A stretch of DNA of 64,000 bases, taken from assembly GCA_023667165.1 (NCBI GenBank), contig JAMPAO010000005.1, positions 19 to 64,018 of the forward strand. Direction: 5' to 3'. The notes below the pieces were generated by a model. It was not told the DNA's origin, ran no database searches, and worked only from the letters and a program-made list of their open reading frames with translations. This DNA comes from Ruminococcus sp. GTDB lineage: Bacteria > Bacillota > Clostridia > Oscillospirales > Ruminococcaceae. Shown here piece after piece: positions 37,524 through 45,291 of this stretch. The translations under genes were made by a program, and so were the position numbers. Positions within the stretch are counted from its first letter, which is position 1; every line of letters starts with the position of its first letter.

Positions 37524-39107
37524 GTGAGTATACAAATTCTTGACTGTACTCTTCGTGACGGGGGATATGTGAACGATTGGGAATTCGGCGAGAATAATAT
37601 CAGGCGGATCATAAAAAATCTGTCGGAAGCGTCTATTGAAGCGATAGAATGCGGATTTTTAAGCCAAACAAAGAAATCCCGAAAAAATCAAAGCATATTT
37701 TCCGAGGTTTCAGAGGCGGAAGATTATTGCTTGGGAATAGATTCGGACAGTCTTGCTCTTATGGTAAACTGCGGTGAATATAAACCCGATGATCTCCCGC
37801 AGTATCAAGGAGGAAAAATCGGGATAATCCGGATAGCATTCCATAAGCATCAGCGGAATGAGGCGCAGGAGCTTTGCCTTGCGCTGAAAAATAACGGCTT
37901 TAGGGTTTTCTTTCAGCCTATGTATACATTGGGTTACAAGGACAGCGAGCTGCTGGAGCTGATAGAATGGGCAAACGCGAACTCTCCGGAGGCTTTTTAT
38001 ATAGTTGACAGCTTCGGGACAATGCGGAACAGGGATGTTTTAAGGTTTTTCTATCTCGTAAACAATAATCTGAATCCGGATATAAAAATCGGATTTCATT
38101 CCCATAACAATCTGCAGTTATCTTTCTCCAATGCACAGGAGCTTATTAAGGTCCATTTAAAACGTGATATAATCATCGATACCTCTGTCCTGGGCATGGG
38201 ACGGGGAGCAGGAAATCTTTGCACGGAGCTGATGACCCAGTACATCAACGAAAATATTGAAAAAAAATATGATCTGATACCGATTCTCGAAACCATGGAC
38301 GAGAATATCATGCCCATTTATTCCAATCACCCATGGGGTTACTCCGCGCCCTACTACATTGCAGCGGTCAATGACTGTCACCCCAATTACGCTTCCTACC
38401 TTATCGACCGCCAGACCCTTTGCATTAAAGATATAAACGTGATCATCAAGCAGATACCGGATGAGAAAAAGCACCTTTTTGACAGGGCGCTTATAAGCGG
38501 TTTGTATCTGAAGTTTCAGTCCCACAGCATTGACGACAGCGGGGCGATAGAGGATATAGCAAGGCTTTGCGGCGGCAAAAGGGTGCTTATTTTGGCTCCC
38601 GGAAAAAGTCTGCTCACTCACAGAAGCGCCATTGACAGGTTCATCTCCGAAAATGCGCCGGTGGTGTTCGCTATAAATCATATACCGAAGTTTTATGACT
38701 GCGACAGGATATTTATCAGCAATCTCAAGCGTTTCAAAAGCTTTGACGACGCTGTTTCACAGGTTAAGGACAAGCTCATATGCACATCGAATATTGCCGC
38801 TGAAAGCAGCATTTGCCGTGTAAATTATTCCAATTACCTCAATGATAACGAGGTGATCTACGATAATTCGGGGCTTATGCTGATAAATGTCTTGAAAAAA
38901 GCAGGGATAAACAGTCTGTTTCTTGCCGGATATGACGGATTTAAATATGCCGGAGCGAAGAACTATTTTGACGAGAACCTTGCCGATAATATCAACACGC
39001 AGCGGCAAAGCGCGATTAACGCCGCAATTGTTGAATATTTTACCGAAATGCGAAAGGTTATGAAGATAGATTTTATAACGCCGACGATATATGACAGCCA
39101 AGGATAA
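37524..39107 (+). CDS. fusion protein: N-terminal DRE-TIM (HMGL-like, pyruvate-utilising) aldolase domain + C-terminal DUF115/CstII-like transferase domain
   Basis: N-terminus IQILDCTLRDGGY, HSHNN, GRGAGN (DRE-TIM metallolyase motifs). C-terminus KRVLILAPGKSL and NSGLMLINVLKKAGINSLFLAGYDGF. AAGGAG RBS 7 nt upstream of GTG 37524; ATG 37491 is an alternative start. Confidence 0.65.
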   Translation: MSIQILDCTLRDGGYVNDWEFGENNIRRIIKNLSEASIEAIECGFLSQTKKSRKNQSIFSEVSEAEDYCLGIDSDSLALMVNCGEYKPDDLPQYQGGKIGIIRIAFHKHQRNEAQELCLALKNNGFRVFFQPMYTLGYKDSELLELIEWANANSPEAFYIVDSFGTMRNRDVLRFFYLVNNNLNPDIKIGFHSHNNLQLSFSNAQELIKVHLKRDIIIDTSVLGMGRGAGNLCTELMTQYINENIEKKYDLIPILETMDENIMPIYSNHPWGYSAPYYIAAVNDCHPNYASYLIDRQTLCIKDINVIIKQIPDEKKHLFDRALISGLYLKFQSHSIDDSGAIEDIARLCGGKRVLILAPGKSLLTHRSAIDRFISENAPVVFAINHIPKFYDCDRIFISNLKRFKSFDDAVSQVKDKLICTSNIAAESSICRVNYSNYLNDNEVIYDNSGLMLINVLKKAGINSLFLAGYDGFKYAGAKNYFDENLADNINTQRQSAINAAIVEYFTEMRKVMKIDFITPTIYDSQG

Positions 39108-39190
39108 AGGGCAAGCATAGTATTGCCGATTTTGTGCGGGAAAGTCTTTATCGGCTGCCGCTTGAAATTTTTTAATTTAAGAAAGGTCGT

Positions 39191-40045
39191 ATGAATATGG
39201 AAAAGGTAATATGTTTCGGAGCAGGCGGTACAGCCGAGCATCTCTACGGCAAAATAACGGAAAAATACGATGTCATTGCTTTTGCGGATAATCAAGCTTC
39301 AAAGCATGGGCAAACTCTTATGGGAAAGGAGATAATCCCGCCGGACAGCATAAACGACTACCCCTATGACTATATTGTACTCACTACAATGTGCGGGGAT
39401 TCAATATTCGGTCAGCTTGCCGAAATACGGGGGGGGGGTATAGACAGGACGAAAATAATCTCGGATTTTGTTTCATACCCTGTTGAAAGCAGGATAGAAT
39501 GGCTGCGTTCTTTGTCGGACCTTCAGGAAAATATTGATAAAAACATCAATGTGGCTGAAGCGGGAGTATTCCAAGGTGATTTTGCAAAGCATATTAACAG
39601 CCTTTATCCCGAGAGGACGCTGCATTTATTCGATACCTTCGAGGGATTTTCTAAAAACGACGTAAATCGGGAAAACGGGTTATCCGACGCTTATTCCGGT
39701 AAATTTGCAAGTACAAGCGAGGATCTTGTTATGAAAAAAATGAGCCATCCGGAAAAAGTACATATCCATAAAGGTTTTTTTCCGCAGACTGCCGAGGGGA
39801 TAACCTCGCAGTTTTGCTTTGTCAATCTTGATATGGATCTGTATCAGCCGACGCTGGAGGGTCTGCGTTTATTCGCTCCCAAAATGGTCAGAAACGGAGT
39901 TATCTTAATTCACGACTATCTTTGGGGACCCTATGAAAAGAGCGTAAAAAAAGCCGTTCATGAGTTTATGGACGAAACGGAATTCAAAAATCTTCGTTTA
40001 ATGCCTATCGGAGACGGGGTAAGCATTGCTGTGGTAGGCTTTTGA
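39191..40045 (+). CDS. TylF/macrocin-O-methyltransferase-family SAM-dependent methyltransferase
   Basis: VAEAGVFQGDF, LFDTFEGF, NLDMDLYQPT, IHDY; 284 aa. Confidence 0.75.
   Translation: MNMEKVICFGAGGTAEHLYGKITEKYDVIAFADNQASKHGQTLMGKEIIPPDSINDYPYDYIVLTTMCGDSIFGQLAEIRGGGIDRTKIISDFVSYPVESRIEWLRSLSDLQENIDKNINVAEAGVFQGDFAKHINSLYPERTLHLFDTFEGFSKNDVNRENGLSDAYSGKFASTSEDLVMKKMSHPEKVHIHKGFFPQTAEGITSQFCFVNLDMDLYQPTLEGLRLFAPKMVRNGVILIHDYLWGPYEKSVKKAVHEFMDETEFKNLRLMPIGDGVSIAVVGF
39429..39438 (+). repeat. poly-G tract (G10) inside the methyltransferase CDS (codons ~80-83)
   Basis: Direct count gives G at 39429-39438, encoding RGGG. Confidence 0.95.
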
Positions 40046-40166
40046 TGAGCAAATACAAATAGCCAAACAGCCGATTTTTCATACAAATGAACGCGGCTGT
40101 TTCATGGCGGTATAGACTGCTGTGCTGCTGTTTTCTGTGTATCGCCATGACAAGAGGGGGAAAAGC

Positions 40167-40808
40167 ATGAATAAATATAAGCTTGTGATCTTCGATTTTG
40201 ACGGCACCGTCGCCGATACATCCGAGGGTATATTCAACAGCATACGTTACGCGCAGAAAATGATGCAGCTTCCGGAGATAAGTGCGGAGCAAATGCGTTC
40301 TCATGTGGGACCGCCCATGGAGGAATCCTATAACAGGAATTTCGGACTTCGGGGTGAGAAGCTGAAAAGAGCGGTGGCATACCACAAGGAATATGCGGTA
40401 AAGCAAGGCTTCAGAGAGCTGCGGATTTATGACGGGATCTTAGATCTGCTGGACAAGCTGCGCAGCGAAGGGTATCTTACCGCTGTAGCGACATTAAAAG
40501 CTCAAGGGACTATGGACAAAATAGCTGAGTGCTTCGGACTTAAGGAACGGTTCGACTGTATTGCGGGGGTAACGGAGCCTGTTACCAAGGGGGAGCTTAT
40601 ATTAAAATGCATGAAAGAGCTGGGGTGTACGGCTAAGGAAACCGTTCTGGTGGGTGACAGCGAGTATGACGCCTTGGGGGCAAGGGACGCAGAGGTTCGG
40701 TTCGTGGCGGTAACGTACGGATTTGGATTTAAAGAGGGAGAGGCTATCGAAGCAGTCGGTGTGTGCGGGAGGGCGGAGGAAATTTGGGAACGGATTCAAG
40801 AGGATTGA
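40167..40808 (+). CDS. HAD-superfamily phosphatase (phosphoglycolate-phosphatase-like)
   Basis: YKLVIFDFDGTVADT (DxDGT), VGDSEYD; 213 aa from ATG 40167 (GAGGGGGA RBS). Confidence 0.8.
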   Translation: MNKYKLVIFDFDGTVADTSEGIFNSIRYAQKMMQLPEISAEQMRSHVGPPMEESYNRNFGLRGEKLKRAVAYHKEYAVKQGFRELRIYDGILDLLDKLRSEGYLTAVATLKAQGTMDKIAECFGLKERFDCIAGVTEPVTKGELILKCMKELGCTAKETVLVGDSEYDALGARDAEVRFVAVTYGFGFKEGEAIEAVGVCGRAEEIWERIQED

Positions 40809-40945
40809 ATGCAAATCAAATTATATTAATCAGCTTCTGGGCATATTCGGATAACCGTATTGACAAGACGCATTTTATCATCTTATCGTAATACATGAGA
40901 ACGGCGACAAAAGCAAACCGCCGAGCTGCAGAAAGAGGTCGAATT

Positions 40946-41665
40946 ATGGATAAAAGGGTTCTGATAATAATCCCCGCATACAACGAGTCGGATAATATCG
41001 AAAGCGTAGTGGATAATATTATAAATAATTATCCCCAATACGATTATGTGATAATCAACGACTGTTCCACAGACAATACCGAGGAAATAATCCGCAGTCG
41101 GGGTTACAATTATATTTCTCTGCCTGCGAATTTGGGCATCGGCGGAGGAGTGCAGTGCGGGTATTTATACGCTGTACAGAACGGCTATGATATTGCCGTT
41201 CAGATAGACGGCGACGGTCAGCACGATCCCGCATATATCGAAAAGCTTATAGAACCCATTATCGACGGCAAGGCTGATATGACAATAGGCTCTCGGTTTA
41301 TAGAAAAAGAGGGATTTCAGACTTCTGCAATGCGCAGGCTCGGGATAAATATTATCCGTATTGTTATAAAAATATGCTGCGGAGTTGCCGTTACGGATAC
41401 CACCAGCGGCTTCAGAGCCACAAACAGCGAGGCAACCAGATATTTCTCATTAAATTATGCTCAGGACTATCCCGAGCCGGAGGCTATAGTTGCGGCTGCG
41501 CTGAACGGCTTTAGTATAGCGGACGTTCCCGTGGTCATGAAAGAGAGGGCGGGAGGCGTTTCCTCAATTAACGCCAAACGTTCGGTCTATTATATGATAA
41601 AGGTATCCCTTGCTCTGATAATATGCAGGATAGGGATCAAAAGAACAAGGAGGAAAAAGCCGTGA
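40946..41665 (+). CDS. GT2 glycosyltransferase (polyprenyl-phosphate sugar synthase-like, GtrB/DPM1 type)
   Basis: VLIIIPAYNESDNIESVV, INDCSTDNT, QIDGDGQHDP, and a C-terminal hydrophobic helix; 239 aa from ATG 40946. Confidence 0.75.
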   Translation: MDKRVLIIIPAYNESDNIESVVDNIINNYPQYDYVIINDCSTDNTEEIIRSRGYNYISLPANLGIGGGVQCGYLYAVQNGYDIAVQIDGDGQHDPAYIEKLIEPIIDGKADMTIGSRFIEKEGFQTSAMRRLGINIIRIVIKICCGVAVTDTTSGFRATNSEATRYFSLNYAQDYPEPEAIVAAALNGFSIADVPVVMKERAGGVSSINAKRSVYYMIKVSLALIICRIGIKRTRRKKP

Positions 41666-42024
41666 ATCCCGTTTTGCAGATTTTTCTTATATTATGCGTA
41701 ATTGCCTTTTTGGCGATAATCATACATTATCTTGCCAAAAGCAAGCTCAACCTTAAATATTCCCTTACCTGGCTGGCGGCGGGATTCGGTATGCTGATAC
41801 TTGCATTTTTTCCGAAGCTGGTGGAGATGATAGGGAATCTTGTGGGAATAGCAGCTCCGGTGAATACGGTTTTTCTGTTTGCGGGAATGTTTATGCTGCT
41901 TATAATTTTTACTCTTACCATGATAGTTTCCCATATGAACAAGCGGATCTACAGGCTTACCCAATTGCAGGCGCTGCTGGAGAAAAGGGTGAGGGAGCTG
42001 GAAACGGAAAAGGATAAACAATAA
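41662..42024 (+). CDS. small membrane protein, DUF2304-like
   Basis: 120 aa from GTG 41662 (AAGGAGG RBS; GTGA overlap with the GT2 stop). About 3-4 TM segments plus a charged C-terminal helix. I recall the GT2+DUF2304 pairing as common. Confidence 0.55.
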   Translation: MNPVLQIFLILCVIAFLAIIIHYLAKSKLNLKYSLTWLAAGFGMLILAFFPKLVEMIGNLVGIAAPVNTVFLFAGMFMLLIIFTLTMIVSHMNKRIYRLTQLQALLEKRVRELETEKDKQ

Positions 42025-42043
42025 AATTTGAGGTGAAAATTTT

Positions 42044-43195
42044 ATGGGAACGAATAGTGCGGCAGCTTCTTCGGGCAGAAATTATCAGATAGATGCGTTG
42101 AAATTGGTGTGTGCTGTTTTGGTTGTAATAAGTCATTGCTATTCGTTAGTAGATCCGCAGAATACTGATCTTATAGAAAAGATGCTCAATTTTGGGTGGG
42201 TCAGCGTTCATGTGTTTTTTGTTATATCCGGTTTTCTTATGCTCAAAAGCATTGATAAAAAATATCGAAATAATGTCTGCACCAGTCCCGGTCACAGCGC
42301 ATTTTCGTATGTTTCGGCAAAATACAAGGCAATTTCGCTGCCGTTTATTGTATCGGTAGTAATAGCAATGTCAACTTATTTAATACTTGCCATATATATA
42401 TATATATATGGTTCACATTTGACATCCAATGTTATAGAAGAGATCGGTTACGATCCCTTGGATTACATAATAAGAGCTATTCCCGAGCTGTTAGCCCTTG
42501 GCGATACAAGACTCAATTTTCCGTTTAATCCGCCCGGCTGGTACATCTCGGCTATGCTGATTGCCATGCTTCCAATGTGTTATATGCTTATTCGGAACAG
42601 GGATTTTTATATATATGTTTTCTCTCCTATCGCAGCGATACTGCTGTTTGCCTTTCTATTCCATATTCGCCAAGATATGACATATGAGATAAGAATAGAG
42701 TGGGGAGAAGGAGCGAAATTTTTTATTAATCTTTTCCGAGCTGTCTGCGGTATATGCTTCGGAGCGGTTGCATGGCTGATATACGATCGGCTTTGTAAGC
42801 TCCCGGATAAAAAACGATACAGATTGATTGTCACTGCTTTGGAAATAATTTTTAATGTATTGTTTTTCTATACGTGGCTTTTCCGTTACAGCACTCCCGC
42901 AACATTATTCTGTGCGATGCTGCTGATCCCTGCATTGATAGCGGCAGCATTCAGCGGTAAAAGCTTAGTGTCGGGATTATTCAAACATAATATCTTCAGG
43001 CACTGCGGCTCGCTGTCATTAACAATATATCTTAATCACTGGATCCCCGTAATGATCTCGTTTGTTATCGTAAAGCAAAATCCGGTTTTGGGGATAGCTT
43101 TAGTATTTATTCTTACTGCTGTATTCTCCCTTATCAATATGCTGTCGGTAAGGGTAATAAAATTTCTGTGGAGAAAGCTCGTGACCGTTGACTGA
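42044..43195 (+). CDS. acyltransferase family 3 membrane protein (putative glycan O-acetyltransferase)
   Basis: NYQIDALKLVCAVLVVISH, VHVFFVISGF; 383 aa, about 10 TM. Confidence 0.8.
   Translation: MGTNSAAASSGRNYQIDALKLVCAVLVVISHCYSLVDPQNTDLIEKMLNFGWVSVHVFFVISGFLMLKSIDKKYRNNVCTSPGHSAFSYVSAKYKAISLPFIVSVVIAMSTYLILAIYIYIYGSHLTSNVIEEIGYDPLDYIIRAIPELLALGDTRLNFPFNPPGWYISAMLIAMLPMCYMLIRNRDFYIYVFSPIAAILLFAFLFHIRQDMTYEIRIEWGEGAKFFINLFRAVCGICFGAVAWLIYDRLCKLPDKKRYRLIVTALEIIFNVLFFYTWLFRYSTPATLFCAMLLIPALIAAAFSGKSLVSGLFKHNIFRHCGSLSLTIYLNHWIPVMISFVIVKQNPVLGIALVFILTAVFSLINMLSVRVIKFLWRKLVTVD
42392..42409 (+). repeat. (AT)9 dinucleotide repeat inside the acyltransferase CDS
   Basis: atatatatatatatatat at 42392-42409, encoding IYIYIY. 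Confidence 0.95.
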
Positions 43196-43231
43196 TACTG
43201 AATCTGATGTCAAAAAATTCCGCACCGCCCC

Positions 43232-43260
43232 TTGACCTTTCGGGAATAAAATGTTATTAT
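43232..43260 (+). promoter_or_regulatory. sigma-A promoter candidate upstream of the asnB-like gene
   Basis: TTGACC (43232-43237), 17-nt spacer, TGtTATTAT (43255-43260); ~115-nt leader. Confidence 0.5.
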
Positions 43261-43375
43261 ATATGTATGCCGTTCCGATATGCATACCGGAGGGCGGAGT
43301 ACAGTATAATTATTATGATACTGCTGTTCTGCGGGCATACCGCCGGGCAAAAAGGGTTTACGGAGATGATTTTTT

Positions 43376-45217
43376 ATGTGCGGCTTTGTTGGCTTTACAA
43401 ATAAAACGGATAATTCGAACAAGGTTCTGGGTCGGATGATGGATAAGATCGTTCACAGAGGCCCAGATTCACAGGGACGGTATATTGACGGGCAGATAGC
43501 CATGGGTTTTCGCAGACTGAGCATTATCGACATCACCGACAGCGGCGATCAGCCTATATTCAACGAGGATAGATCCATGGTTCTGATGTTCAACGGCGAG
43601 ATATACAATTACCGTGATATCAGAAAGGAGCTTATTGACAAAGGTCACAGCTTTACCACCAACACCGATTCCGAGGTGCTGCTCCACGGCTATGAGGAAT
43701 TCGGGGAAAAGCTCCTTGACAGGCTGCGCGGAATGTTCGCTTTTGTTATATGGAACAAAAAAAACGGCGAGCTGTTCGGCGCTCGGGATTTTTTCGGCAT
43801 TAAGCCGTTTTATTATGCGGATATGGACGGTACGTTCCTATTCGGTTCGGAAATAAAGGCGTTTACCGTTCACCCCGCTTTCAAAAAGGAGCTTAATACG
43901 GCGGCGCTGGAAAATTATCTGACATTTCAGTATTCCCCGACCGACGAAACGTTTTTCAAGAATGTTTTTAAGCTCCCTCCCGCCCATTACTTCAAGCTGA
44001 GGGATGGGAAAATGGAGATAACAAGATACTGGGACGTTCATTTCAGCGAGGATAATTCCCCCGATATGGAGGAGTGGATAAACCGCATTGACAGTACCTT
44101 CAGGGACTCCGTGCAGGCTCACAAGATCGCGGACGTGGAGGTGGGCAGCTTCCTTTCAAGCGGAGTTGATTCAAGCTATGCCGCTGCGGCAGCCAACGTG
44201 GATAAAACCTTTACCGTGGGCTTCGGCGAGGACGAAAGATACAACGAGATAGGCTGGGCAAAGGAATTTTCCCAGTATATCGGAAAGGAAAACATCAGTA
44301 AGGTAATTACCCCCGAGGAATACTGGGACAGTATTTCAAAAATACAGTATCACATGGACGAACCTCTTGCGGATCCGTCGTGCATTGCGCTGTACTTTGT
44401 ATGCAAAAAGGCTTCGGAATACGTGAAGGTCGTGCTTTCCGGAGAGGGCGCGGACGAGATATTCGGAGGATACAACGTTTACAAGGAACCTCTCGGCTCT
44501 CATGCCTACAAATCGCTGCCCAAATTTATCCGCAGGGGGATAGGCGCGGCTGCCGAACGTCTTCCGCAGAAAAGAGGAGTTAATTTCCTTGTGAGAAACG
44601 GCAAGGATCTGGAAGAGCGTTTTATAGGAAACGCTTATATCTTTTCTCCCAAGGACAGGAAAAAGCTGCTGAGGATATCCACATCCGCACCCGATCCCAC
44701 GGAGATAACAGCTCCCTTTTACGACAAGGTAAGGGATAAGGACAGCATTACAAAAATGCAGTATCTCGATCTTCATCTTTGGATGACGGGGGACATACTG
44801 CTGAAAGCGGACAAAATGTCAATGGCGAATTCTCTCGAGCTGCGGGTGCCTTTTCTGGACAGGGAGGTAATGGATCTTGCGCGGCAGATACCGTGGAAAT
44901 ACCGCGTAAGCACGGAAAATACCAAGCTTGCCATGAGAGGAGCGGCTTTAAGATCCGCTCCGAAGAAAACCGCAGACAAGAAAAAGCTGGGATTTCCCGT
45001 GCCTATCAGGGTATGGCTGAAAGAGGACAAATACTACGGCATTGTTAAGGATATGTTTACCTCAAAGGCGTCGGAAAAATTTTTCAATGTTCCGCTGCTT
45101 GTAAAGCTCCTTGACGATCACAGGGTGGGTAAATATGACAACAGCAGGAAAATATGGACGGTATTTATCTTTCTGAAATGGTACGAGGTTTATTTTTCCG
45201 ATCTGAACGAGGCATGA
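43376..45217 (+). CDS. asnB: asparagine synthase (glutamine-hydrolysing) family amidotransferase
   Basis: N-terminal MCGFVGF (Ntn Cys2), SGVDSS PP-loop; 613 aa. Confidence 0.88.
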   Translation: MCGFVGFTNKTDNSNKVLGRMMDKIVHRGPDSQGRYIDGQIAMGFRRLSIIDITDSGDQPIFNEDRSMVLMFNGEIYNYRDIRKELIDKGHSFTTNTDSEVLLHGYEEFGEKLLDRLRGMFAFVIWNKKNGELFGARDFFGIKPFYYADMDGTFLFGSEIKAFTVHPAFKKELNTAALENYLTFQYSPTDETFFKNVFKLPPAHYFKLRDGKMEITRYWDVHFSEDNSPDMEEWINRIDSTFRDSVQAHKIADVEVGSFLSSGVDSSYAAAAANVDKTFTVGFGEDERYNEIGWAKEFSQYIGKENISKVITPEEYWDSISKIQYHMDEPLADPSCIALYFVCKKASEYVKVVLSGEGADEIFGGYNVYKEPLGSHAYKSLPKFIRRGIGAAAERLPQKRGVNFLVRNGKDLEERFIGNAYIFSPKDRKKLLRISTSAPDPTEITAPFYDKVRDKDSITKMQYLDLHLWMTGDILLKADKMSMANSLELRVPFLDREVMDLARQIPWKYRVSTENTKLAMRGAALRSAPKKTADKKKLGFPVPIRVWLKEDKYYGIVKDMFTSKASEKFFNVPLLVKLLDDHRVGKYDNSRKIWTVFIFLKWYEVYFSDLNEA

Positions 45218-45250
45218 AATTGATCTCACGGCTTGATAATATACTGCGGA

Positions 45251-45288
45251 AAGAGCCGTGCGGAGCAAACAAGCTCCGCACGGCTCTT
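45251..45288. terminator. bidirectional intrinsic terminator between convergent asnB and queF
   Basis: Perfect 16-bp stem AAGAGCCGTGCGGAGC (45251-45266), loop AAACAA, GCTCCGCACGGCTCTT (45273-45288). The ends are A/T-rich on both sides. Confidence 0.8.
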
Positions 45289-45291
45289 CGT

